From Scyliorhinus canicula (taxonomy: Eukaryota), in assembly GCF_902713615.1 (NCBI RefSeq), contig NC_052147.1, forward strand, positions 254,420,886 to 254,484,885: a stretch of 64,000 nucleotides of DNA. Reading direction: 5' to 3'. Made by a program: the position numbers and the translations under genes. Shown one piece after another: positions 38,021 through 47,405 of this stretch. The notes beneath the pieces are model-generated. The model was given only the letters and a program-made list of their open reading frames with translations. It had not been told where the DNA came from and ran no database searches. Positions within the stretch are counted from its first letter, which is position 1. Every line of letters begins with the position of its first letter.

Positions 38021-38452
38021 AACATATTTTCTTAACATCGTTAAAGAAAATTGTATATCCTGTCCCAGTGTATTTATAGCTCTCCCGCTCGTGTTTGCTC
38101 TGTTGTTTTTGTATCTGGTCAATCTACTATCACCACATCCCCCTCTTTCTCATTACATAGTTTCTGTACATCATTAAGGAAAATTATACAAAACAGTAAC
38201 TTATGATATGCGTATCTATACAAGTGATGATGCTATTGCCTTAGTTAACAAAGCCAATGTATTTATATGTCCAAACTTAATAAACACATTTATGAGTCCA
38301 AACTTGATGAATTTGTTCAGAGCTTTTTTTTTTTTCTTTTTGTTGTTGATGACGTGGTGATATTGATATTGCAAGTCCGCTGTGAATGTTGTTGGTGTTC
38401 CTTGTTATCTTAAGTACCCAATGCGTCATCCCGAGGTGTTTGCATGGTCACA

Positions 38453-41400
38453 TCACTGATGTTGACTGGCATGGACTTTTTTTTTGTGCTTGTGGTGTTG
38501 ATTTATTGTCTCATCCGCCTTGGATGCTGGTGTGCTTGCTTGTTCTGGAGCAGACGTGAGTTTGTGCGATTCGTTGTCATCCCATGACATGTTTGTAGTC
38601 TTGTTATCGTTTTGCAGTGTGCTGTGGCATCGTCCATCATGTGCCAAGTAGTGCCATTGTGTACAAGTCGTTGTTTCATTGCTGTTGTTTCTGTCGTTCC
38701 TGTTTTTGTTGTTTCCGTTGCCGTACTTGTCGCTGTTTTTGTCGTTTCCGTCTTTGTTGTTGTCGCTATCTTTGCTCCTGACTTTGTTGTGTTTGTTGCC
38801 ATTCTTGTTGTTTCTGCCTCTGTCGTTGTCGCTATCTTTGTGCCTGACGTTGTTGTTTGTCTTGTTGCGTGTCATGTTGCTTTTATTCTTGCTGTTGTCG
38901 TTCTCGTTTCTGCTGTGCTTCTTGCTATTGTTGTTTGTCGTGTCGCGCTTCATATTGCTTTTCTTCTTGCTGTTGTCGTTCGCGTTTCTGCTGTGCTTCT
39001 TGCTATTGTTGTTGGTCTTGTCGCGCTTCATGTTGTTTTTGTTCTTGCTGTGTTTCTTTTGACTTTTGTTTTTCTTGTTATACTCTATGAGTGTCCCGAG
39101 TGGATAATTTGAGTCATTGAGCATTCCGTCTCGCGAGTGGTGCGAATGATCTGATGTTGCATCGGTGCAGGTGACATCAATCAGTTGTGGAGAATTGGAT
39201 TCCGCATCTTTGCTTTCTTGGTGCTCGTCTTCCGGAGTCAAAGTCTTCTTGATTACATTTGACGCGGTGTCTGTGGACTCTCGGCGCTCCTCTTCTGGAG
39301 TCCAAATCTGCATGATTTCAGCTGACGTGGTTTCTCTAGACTCTTGGTGCTCCGCTTCTGGAGTTAAAATCTTCATGATTTCTGTTGATGTTATCTCACT
39401 GGACTCCAGGTGCTCCTCTTCTGGAGTCAAAATCGGCATGGTGTCTTTTTGTTTGATGTCTCTGGACTCCAGGTGCTCCTCTTCTGGAGTCAGAATCTGC
39501 ATGGTTTCTTTCGGCATTGTCTCTGTGGACTCCAGGTGCTCCTCTTCTGGAGTCAAAATCTGCATGTTTTCTTTTGGCGTTGTCTCTCTGGGCTCCAGGT
39601 GCTCCTCTTCTGGAGTCAAAATCTGCATGTTTTCTGTCGGCATCGTCTCTCTGGACTGTTGGGTGGCCCGACTCTGTGCTTCTGTACAGACAAGCTGAGA
39701 ACTGTCAGTCTCCCTGTGATCCTGTACGTCGAGTGCGAGCACCTTGTCACTGTTTTCGCTCTGTGCTTCGGTACAGACAAGCTGAGAACTGTCAGTCTCA
39801 CTGTGATCCTGTACGTTGAGTGTGATCACCTTGTCACTGTCTTCGCATGCAGTGGGCAGAGGTGCATTGTCTTCTTCTTGTTCCTGTGAGCGTGTTGGAC
39901 TTTCATAGTCTGCTTTTTCTTCTTGTTCCTGTGAGCGTGTTGGACTTTCATAGTCTGCTCTTTCTTCTTGTTCCTGTGAGCTTGGTAGACTTTCATAGTC
40001 TGCTTGCGGTTGCTCAGGTACAGCGGGTTTACCTTCATGGTCTTGTTCATGCTTGGTGTCCGCCCGGGAGTGTTTGCTTGCATCCCTGTTGGCGTCTTTC
40101 ATCACTCGCACTGTGGAGCCTGTCATCGCTCGCTCCGTGGAGTCTTCCTGTGCTCTCTGTGTGGCGTCGTCTTCATCTTGGGTATTGCTGTCATCCAATG
40201 TATCGACGAGCTGCCATGGCACCATGGTGTTGGATTCATCCACCATGAGTAGAGTCGTGTTGAGCTTTGCAACGGTGTCGCTGATGCTGTGATCAGCATG
40301 TCCAAATAACTCCTCCATGTCTGAGTAGTATTCTTTGAAACCCATTTCATCTTCGTTGGCTTCTTCTACCACGAGTTGATTCGTGTTGAACTTTGCGACC
40401 GTGTCGCTGATGCTGTGATAAGCATATCCGACTGACTCAGCTGTGTCTGAGTAGTATTCTCCGAAAACCAAATCATCCTGGTTGGATTCTTCTACCACGA
40501 GTTGATTCGTGTTGAACTTTGCGACCGTGTCGCTGATGCTGTGATAAGCATATCCGACTGACTCAGCCATGTCTGAGTAGTATTCTTTGAAAACCAAATC
40601 ATCTTGGTTGGATTCATCTACCACGAGTTGGTTCGTGTTGTGCTTTGCGACCGTGTCGCTGATGCTGTGATAAGCATATCCGACTGACCCAGTCAGGTCT
40701 GAGAGGTAATCGTCGAAAAACAAATCATCTTTTGTTGTTTCGGAATTCTTTTTGTTCGCTTCACTGTGTGTGGTGAAGGCAGCTTTTTCCAAGGTTTTGT
40801 GCAAGTTGTTTTTCACTGTTGGTTTAAGTTCAGGCGTTTTTCTGTGTTCTGAGGCAAGAAAATTTGGTTTTACCACTTTAAGTGTCTTGTTTTCAATTTT
40901 CGGGCATTTCCCTTTTAAGTGGGCGTGGCCAGGATTCTCAGACGTCATGACGTCACGCGTAGGAACGACTTGCACATGCGCAAATCGGCTTTCTTTCCTT
41001 GTGCGGTTCGGTGTCCATTGCGCATGCGCGGCTTGCGCATGCGCATGACGGTCCGCGACGAAGACTTTTTTTGACTGCGCATGCGCGGTTTGCGCATGCG
41101 CATAACGATCGGCGCCGCGATCTTTTGTAAACTGCGCATGCGCGACTTCCGGTTCCGGCGCATGCGCAACTTCCGGTTCCGGCGCATGCGCAACTTCCGG
41201 TTCCGGCGCATGCGCAGACGCGATTTGTAGTTCTTTGCTTACCAGAGACTGCAAAATGTGCTCCGACGCCATTTTATCGCGGATTTCAGCGTTTTTTCTT
41301 TCTAAAAGTTGTAAGTTACCTTTTCTTTCCGATCTGGACTGGATTTCAGCGTTTTGGCTTTGTGAAAAATTCATGTTATTTCTTCTTTTTGATCTGTACT

Positions 41401-41806
41401 GTGCATTCGCGATTTCCTGATCTTTTTGTGATTTTTTAAGTCTTGCATCACTCAGTCTCTGTGCAGGTTGGACTGTGAGCATGCCTTGCTGTTCAAATTT
41501 CTCACAGTACTCTTCAAATTTGTTTAGTAACGTTTGTAAGCTGTTCCTGTCTTCACCTTTTGAGTGTTTAAGTCCATTATACACTTTCTTATTGACAGGC
41601 CCTTCGATGAGAATTGCTATTTTAATTTTGTCTGAGGCGTCTGCTACATCATTAGCTATGAGATAAAAATCGAACATTTGTTTGAACCTTTTCCAGACAT
41701 TTATTACATTACCAGTCGTGTCCAGCTGAGGTGGGTATCCATGCCACATCCTCGAATTAGCGATGTCTTCCCCAGTCAAATGTCCAGTAGGAGATTTCCA
41801 TGCCAT
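38453..41806 (-). CDS. 1117-aa Gag-like N-terminus fused to a tandem-repeat, low-complexity tail
   Basis: Uninterrupted ORF. Residues ~25-105 (PPQLDTTGNV..WKRFKQMFDFYLIA..SDKIKIAIL..LLNKFEEYC) resemble the Ty3/Gypsy Gag capsid N-terminus. No protease, RT, RNase H or integrase motifs are visible. Confidence 0.8.
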   Translation of the reverse strand: MAWKSPTGHLTGEDIANSRMWHGYPPQLDTTGNVINVWKRFKQMFDFYLIANDVADASDKIKIAILIEGPVNKKVYNGLKHSKGEDRNSLQTLLNKFEEYCEKFEQQGMLTVQPAQRLSDARLKKSQKDQEIANAQYRSKRRNNMNFSQSQNAEIQSRSERKGNLQLLERKNAEIRDKMASEHILQSLVSKELQIASAHAPEPEVAHAPEPEVAHAPEPEVAHAQFTKDRGADRYAHAQTAHAQSKKVFVADRHAHAQAAHAQWTPNRTRKESRFAHVQVVPTRDVMTSENPGHAHLKGKCPKIENKTLKVVKPNFLASEHRKTPELKPTVKNNLHKTLEKAAFTTHSEANKKNSETTKDDLFFDDYLSDLTGSVGYAYHSISDTVAKHNTNQLVVDESNQDDLVFKEYYSDMAESVGYAYHSISDTVAKFNTNQLVVEESNQDDLVFGEYYSDTAESVGYAYHSISDTVAKFNTNQLVVEEANEDEMGFKEYYSDMEELFGHADHSISDTVAKLNTTLLMVDESNTMVPWQLVDTLDDSNTQDEDDATQRAQEDSTERAMTGSTVRVMKDANRDASKHSRADTKHEQDHEGKPAVPEQPQADYESLPSSQEQEERADYESPTRSQEQEEKADYESPTRSQEQEEDNAPLPTACEDSDKVITLNVQDHSETDSSQLVCTEAQSENSDKVLALDVQDHRETDSSQLVCTEAQSRATQQSRETMPTENMQILTPEEEHLEPRETTPKENMQILTPEEEHLESTETMPKETMQILTPEEEHLESRDIKQKDTMPILTPEEEHLESSEITSTEIMKILTPEAEHQESRETTSAEIMQIWTPEEERRESTDTASNVIKKTLTPEDEHQESKDAESNSPQLIDVTCTDATSDHSHHSRDGMLNDSNYPLGTLIEYNKKNKSQKKHSKNKNNMKRDKTNNNSKKHSRNANDNSKKKSNMKRDTTNNNSKKHSRNENDNSKNKSNMTRNKTNNNVRHKDSDNDRGRNNKNGNKHNKVRSKDSDNNKDGNDKNSDKYGNGNNKNRNDRNNSNETTTCTQWHYLAHDGRCHSTLQNDNKTTNMSWDDNESHKLTSAPEQASTPASKADETINQHHKHKKKVHASQHQ

Positions 41807-41858
41807 TTTGTGCTTTCTGTATCTGCAGCTGAGTTGTCCTGTCGTAAGCGTCTGAAAT

Positions 41859-41873
41859 CACTCCTAGGTACCA
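41859..41873 (-). promoter_or_regulatory. Primer-binding site, tRNA-Leu(UAA)-like
   Basis: Minus strand TGGTACCTAGGAGTG against the complement of the vertebrate tRNA-Leu(UAA) 3' end (TGGTACCAGGAGTG), with one extra T. Confidence 0.7.
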
Positions 41874-42137
41874 TGTGTTGTTCCTCGTGTCTTAATAAAG
41901 CTCGCAGTCTCAAGTGTGGAGAAGATGCTTTATTGTGGGTTCGTTCAGTTTCCAGAGCTCGACCTAGAACTACCTTCCAGTGCTAACTACCAGCTTTGCT
42001 TGCTGTGTGTCCTGCTTCCCAGCCCCTGCTGTGAAGAGTGTCCTCACTTCCTGTCCTGATGTATTTATATGGCTCTCCCGTGCTCCCTCTAGTGGTCGCT
42101 CAGTTGTGTTGCATCTGGTTAACTTGTGATCACCACA
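41874..42137 (-). repeat. 5' LTR (264 bp)
   Basis: Direct repeat of 37741-38004, followed by the PBS. Confidence 0.95.
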
Positions 42138-43249
42138 GTCCCTGCTTCCACCACCTCCTCCGGCAGCGAGTTCCAGGCACCCACTACCCTTTGTGTGAAA
42201 AACGTGCCTCGTACATCTCCTCTAAACTTTGCCCCTTGCACCTTAAACCTATGCCCCCTAGTAATGGACCCCTCTCCCGTGGGAAAAAGTCTCTGACTAT
42301 CCACCCTGTCTATGCCCCTCATAATTTTGTAGACCTCTATCAGGTCACCCCTCAACCTCCGTCGTTACAGTGAGAACAAACCAAGTTTATTCAACCTCTC
42401 CTCATAGCTAATGCCCTCCATACCAGGCAACATCCTGGTAAATCTTTTCTGCACCCTCTCTAAAGCCTCCACATCTTTCTGGCAGTGTGGCGATCAGAAT
42501 TGAACACTATACTCCAAGTGTGGCCTCACTAAGGTTCTATACAGGTGCAACATGACTTGCCAATTTTTATACTCAATGCCCTGGCCAATGAAGGCAAGCA
42601 TGCTGTACGCCTTCTTGACTACCTTTTCCACCTGTGTTGCCCCTTTCAGTGACTTGTGGACCTGTACACCTAGATCTCCCTGACTGTCAATACTCTTGAG
42701 GGTTCTACCATTCATTATATAATCGCCACCTGTATTAGACCTTCCAAAATGCATTATCTCACATTTGTCCGGATTAAACTCCATCTGCCATCTCTCTGCC
42801 CAAGTCTCCATACGATCTAAATCCTGCTGTATCCTCTGACAGTCCTCATCGCTCTTCACAATTCCACCAACATTTGTGTTGTCCACAAACTTCCTAATCA
42901 GACCAGTTACATTTTCCTCCGAACAGCAAAAGTCCCAGCACTGATCCCTGCGGAACACCACAAGTCACATCCCTCCAATCAGAAAAGCACCCTTCCATTG
43001 CTACTCTCTGCCTTCTATGACCTAGCCAGTTCTGTATCCATCTTGCCAGCTCACCTCTGATCCCGTAGGACTTCACCTTTTGTACCAGTCTGCCATGAGG
43101 GACATTGTCAAAGGCCTTACTGAAGTCCATATCGACAACATCCACTGCCCTATCTGCATCAATCATCTTTGTGACCTCCTCGAAAAACTTTCTTAGCCTC
43201 GACAGCTTCTGTTGACAAGCTTGGCAATGTGCTTTGAGTCCTACGGAAT

Positions 43250-43830
43250 AGAATAGTGTGCACAGAATGAAGCTATTCAGTCCCTCAAATCTGTGCCAAA
43301 ATTAAGTCCAGTCAATCCAATCTCCGCCGCCTGTTCTTTCCTTATATTTTTTTTCTCCAAGTATTTATCAATTTACTTTTAAATCTAAATCTGTATCTAC
43401 CACAATATTAGGGAGGGAGTACATTCCAAATCCTAACCACTCTTTGCGTAAAAGATTTTTTCATGCGTCTCCTCTGGTTCTTTTGCTAATCAGTGTAAAC
43501 TAAGTGAAATCTTCTTATCGATGTCCTTCAGCCATTGGAAACCATTTCCATTTATTCTCTCTGAACTCTTCATAATTTTATACGCCTCTATCAAATCCCT
43601 TTCGGCGTCTTTCCAAGACACCGAACAACCCTCAAAGAGAAGAACCCCAGCTTCTCTGTAATCCCTCATTATTGGAACCATTCCAGTAAATCTCTTCTGA
43701 ACCCTCTACGAAGCTGTCACATCCATCCTGTACCTTGAATTGTAAAGCATGGTCACGCTGCTTTAGAAGGTTCAGAACAAATTCTTCACTTTTACATCCT
43801 ATGCCTCTATTTATGATACACTTTACCACG
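43250..43830 (-). mobile_element. Old CR1 3' fragment
   Basis: RDLIEAYKIMKS and INRGIGCKSEEFVLNL remnants in ORFs 43490..43681 and 43632..43844. Confidence 0.6.
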
Positions 43831-44116
43831 ACTTTGTCAGACAATTATACACAATTTGGCTGTTCATACTATGCAACCAGCTCTGCTTCTTTGAACCTGG
43901 CCCTATGCAATATTCAGACAGCAACATCAAACAGGCTGAACCTCAGGCAGCACCACAAAAAACAATCACAATGAGAACATTTTGAACTAACACTGACAAT
44001 TCTATTGGTGCTTGACTCCTGGGTTTTAGTTCTAAGTTCAAAAATGAAAAAGCCTTCCAGTAAATTAGCACTAACCAATTCACCTGCGTAATGTGCTATT
44101 TCTATTCATACACATG

Positions 44117-44556
44117 GGGCTGGATTCTCTGTTCTGGAGACTAAGTCCCCACGCCGGCGTGTAATCGGTGGCGTTTTATGCCAGAAAAATTGGCGCAAAA
44201 TGGCCACCGAAACGGCCTGGAGAATTGCCGGTCCCGTGGTCGCGCATGCGCACCTCAGTGGCCTGCGGAGGCCGTGCCATGCTTCATGGCGGATACTGCT
44301 CGCGGACCCGGCCCGCAAAAATAGTGCTCCCTTCGGCCAGCTCACGTGCCCCGGACCCCCCCCCCCCCACCATGGTGCCCCCAGCCCCGAATATATCCCC
44401 CCTGCCCGCGAATCGGCTCTCCCCCGACTGTGGCGGTGCTGGACTGAGTCCACCGCCGCCACGCTGACTTCCCGACGGGTCAGACCACACATGACCCATG
44501 CCGCTTTTCAGGGGGCAGAGCATCGGAAGTGGCTTCGGGATTGGGGATTCCAGCCC
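44117..44556. mobile_element. GC-rich MITE with 3-bp TSD
   Basis: GGGCTGGATTCTC ... GGGATTCCAGCCC. ATG on both sides (44114-44116 and 44557-44559). Confidence 0.8.
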
Positions 44557-44664
44557 ATGGGCTTGAACAGAGAAATTACACTTTGTATTAAGTGATAAAT
44601 ATTTTCTCATTTTAAAGTAAAACTAACCACACTTACAAGTGCCCAGCATGGAGTATATAATGGG

Positions 44665-44845
44665 AGAGCAAAATCCTGCAGATTCTGAAATAAAATGAGT
44701 AAATGCTGGGAAGACTCAGTTGGCCAGTGAGCAGAGAAATGTTTCAGGTTCACATCTGCGCTAGTTCTGATGTGAGGTCACTGACTTTTGTTTCTCCCTG
44801 CATAGATGCTGCCAGACATGCTGAACATTTCCAGCACTTCCCATT
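44665..44845. repeat. Penelope-terminus-derived inverted-repeat element
   Basis: The left arm (AAATGCTGGGAAGACTCAG) is an inverted copy of the right arm (GCTGAACATTTCCAGCAC). The right arm matches 11540-11580. Confidence 0.55.
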
Positions 44846-46585
44846 ACTATTAGAACAAAAATAACCCCTCTTGTCAGCTCTCAAAAAGACTTCTTGTGAG
44901 TCTCTCATTCCCCATGAGCAAGAAACCCAGCAGGTACTGCCTGCAATCTGTTGCAGCACAACATTTAGCATGAATTTCAAAAATATGGTTAAGGTAGGAA
45001 GAAAACACAATCAACTTGCTGAGCCAAAAAACAAACAATTGTCAAAGCAATAAATTGATAATTAAAAAAAAGCTGAGTAATTAATTAAAAAAGGCCATTA
45101 AAAAGTTCCAAGCAACAGAGCTAACTAATGATGCCATTTTTGCCTTTTCGATTTAAGAAGCAGAGTAAGAGAGAGGCAGACTTAGGCCCCAAGTCCTGGT
45201 CACCAGGGATGGGGGAGGGGACTGTGGCTGAGATTGCGCTGACCTCGCGTTCACATCTGGTGGTGCACACTCTGAGCTGGTCTCATCAGAACTTTTATGA
45301 AAGTACAGGTCAGAAGCACGTTGTCTCTCAGTCTTGATTTTAATTCTCTCCCGGATGTGGAAATAATTGCAAGTTGCAAACTCTGTTTGAGGCATTGGTG
45401 GATCGGAAATTATTCTACCTAAACTGCAACAGCAAGCTTTGAGAAGAATGCGGATCACCGTTCTACATTCTCCTGCAGTCTGTATGGGAACTGGCTTAAG
45501 TTTTTTTACCATTTCTCACTCTCAAGACATTTCCTTTCATATTCTCTTCAGTACTTTGTTAATATTACATACACCTGCCAACCATCAGCATTTTACAGCC
45601 TTATAATGTAATAATACATACTTACAAAAAACTTCCACTTTAAGAAACAAGTCAAATCTTTGTAAATAACTTTGAAATGATGACACAGTTCCTTCCTTTC
45701 AATTTCTTCCCATAACTGAAGCCTAATTTGCCTACAATTTGTTTGGAAATTCAAATTTATTTTTCTCCGTTTCAGCAGTTTCCATCTTCTTCCTCCAACA
45801 AATTGGGCTAAAAGCGGGCTTTGTGGTTTGCTGAGCGGGACCCGGCGGGGAATGGGAGGGCGGGGGGGGGAAAGCGGGCGTCAAGTGTCTCTATCTGTGA
45901 CCTATCCGCACCCATGCGTATCGAGATGGAGGAGACAATGCAGTTTTGATGTACTCTCTACACCTGCATCTTTCAGCCGATACAATTGCAGTGCTGCATC
46001 CTCTTTACCTGAAGGGCTAATTGTGGACTCTGAAAACAGCAGGTAGACTGACCAAAGACCTAACAGACGGCGTGCACTTCCACTGGTGCCCTTGTCGAGT
46101 AGAACTCCCTTGAGGCAGCCAATTAGCATGCCCTGTCCTGGAGCTCCATCGGATTGGACTTCGGTGATCAGTGCAACCTGTAGATATGGCTGTGCCCCTC
46201 CTGCACAGAGTGGTGATGTTGCTAATGGGGAAAGCTTCAGTTGAGCCCAGAACCCCCATCTCCAAGGGCGCTTATAACATCCAACTCTTTTTGAAAATAA
46301 ATTACACTAAATCCTTTCCGAAATGATCTTTCTTTCTCCCTATTCTGCCATTCCAAACAGTCATAAAAGTTTAAAATGGGATTTTGTTCCCTTCTGAGGG
46401 AATCTAGAACTAGGGGGCACAGCTTAAAAATAAAGAGTCTCCCTTTTAAGATGAAAATGAGGGGGAATTTCTTCTCTCAGGAGGCTGCTAATTTTGGAAT
46501 TCTCTTTCACAGAGGAGGCTTGGTCAGTCAATATAGTTAAGGCTGAATTAAACGCAGCCCAGAAACCCTTCGGGTGTTGATGCTG

Positions 46586-47405
46586 GGGCAGGATTCATGG
46601 ACTTCCACGACAGCAAAAGTTAAAACTGCACCTGGACCGATTCAACGTCCAAGGAAGGGCTAGCACCGGCGCCACGTGGAATTGATTCCATTGAGAAACG
46701 GTGCAGGATTCGCTGGGTCCATGATTGACACTCGGGAGGCTGACAAGCTGCAGCCGCATATAAACATTGCACTCCCCCCAACTCATCCCAGCCAACAAGA
46801 TGGCACTGGTTGCGCTGGAGCACACACATCCTGCTGATAGGTCGGCTGGGGCCAGAGGGCACCTAGGGGGGTACTCTGGGTGGACACCCATATGACCTGT
46901 GGCCCTAAGCTCACAGTGGGCAGTCAGTGGCGTGCATGGCTGCCTTGCTGGCTGCGGTAATAGTGCTCCCTGCCATCCAGTCCAACCCCACAGCCCAGCT
47001 CCTGGCAACCCCCCGCTATACCCCCAGCCCTGGCAGAAGCCCTTCTGCCAGCAGCATGACTGCCAGCAAACTATGGCGATGTTGGACACTTTCCATACCC
47101 CCCTCTCTTCCTCAGCAGGCACCACACCGGTCTCATTATTTTTAAAAGCAGACATGAACCGCAGCGTCGGGAATGTGGCCCATCGGAGGAGGAAAATCAC
47201 GGAGGCCCTGGAGAATACTGGGTCAGGCCCACCAATGTTATGCAAACGGTGTACACTGTACGTGCGTTCCAGAACGCATTAGCGCCGCGTTTGAGAATCA
47301 CGATTTTGCGTCAAATCGGCTCCTGCCGCGATTTTGGCGTCGGAACCGATTCTCCACCCAATTGTGCTTTGCGATTTCAGCGTCAGCCAATGGAGAATCC
47401 CGCCT
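46586..47405. mobile_element. GC-rich MITE splitting a CR1 3' fragment (46385-46555 and 47440-47580)
   Basis: GGGCAGGATTC ... GAGAATCCCGCC ends. The 3' subterminal region is similar to 3440-3520 and 26930-27036. Confidence 0.7.

Larger units (their letters stand above)
37741..42137 (-). mobile_element. Young non-autonomous Gypsy-type LTR retrotransposon (gag-only, no pol)
   Basis: Two 264-bp TG..CA LTRs (37741-38004 and 41874-42137) that look identical by eye. TSD GTCCC (37736-37740 and 42138-42142). PBS at 41859-41873 and PPT at 38005-38020. Confidence 0.95.
37563..43190 (-). mobile_element. HER1-like CR1 LINE 3' portion, split by the LTR element at 37741-42137
   Basis: (CAAAGAA)n tail at 37563. 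RT motifs DFSKAFD..GVPQGSVLG (42894..43166), MEFNPDKC..LVRPHLEY (42494..42961) and RGDLIEVYKIM (42119..42355). Confidence 0.9.

Noticed and set aside
38612-40292. Hydrophobic Leu/Val/Cys-rich plus-strand ORFs that look like membrane or Cys-rich proteins
   Set aside because: They are antisense shadows of the repeat-rich 1117-aa ORF and have no independent support.
39200-40735. Regularly spaced repeats superficially resembling a CRISPR array
   Set aside because: Units are contiguous coding tandem repeats without unique spacers, there are no cas genes, and the context is vertebrate.
38453-41806. The 1117-aa ORF as a captured host gene or an env gene
   Set aside because: It starts with a Gag-like segment just after the PBS, and I see no signal peptide, fusion or transmembrane segment, or recognisable host domain. 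Capture of part of the tail cannot be excluded without a database search.
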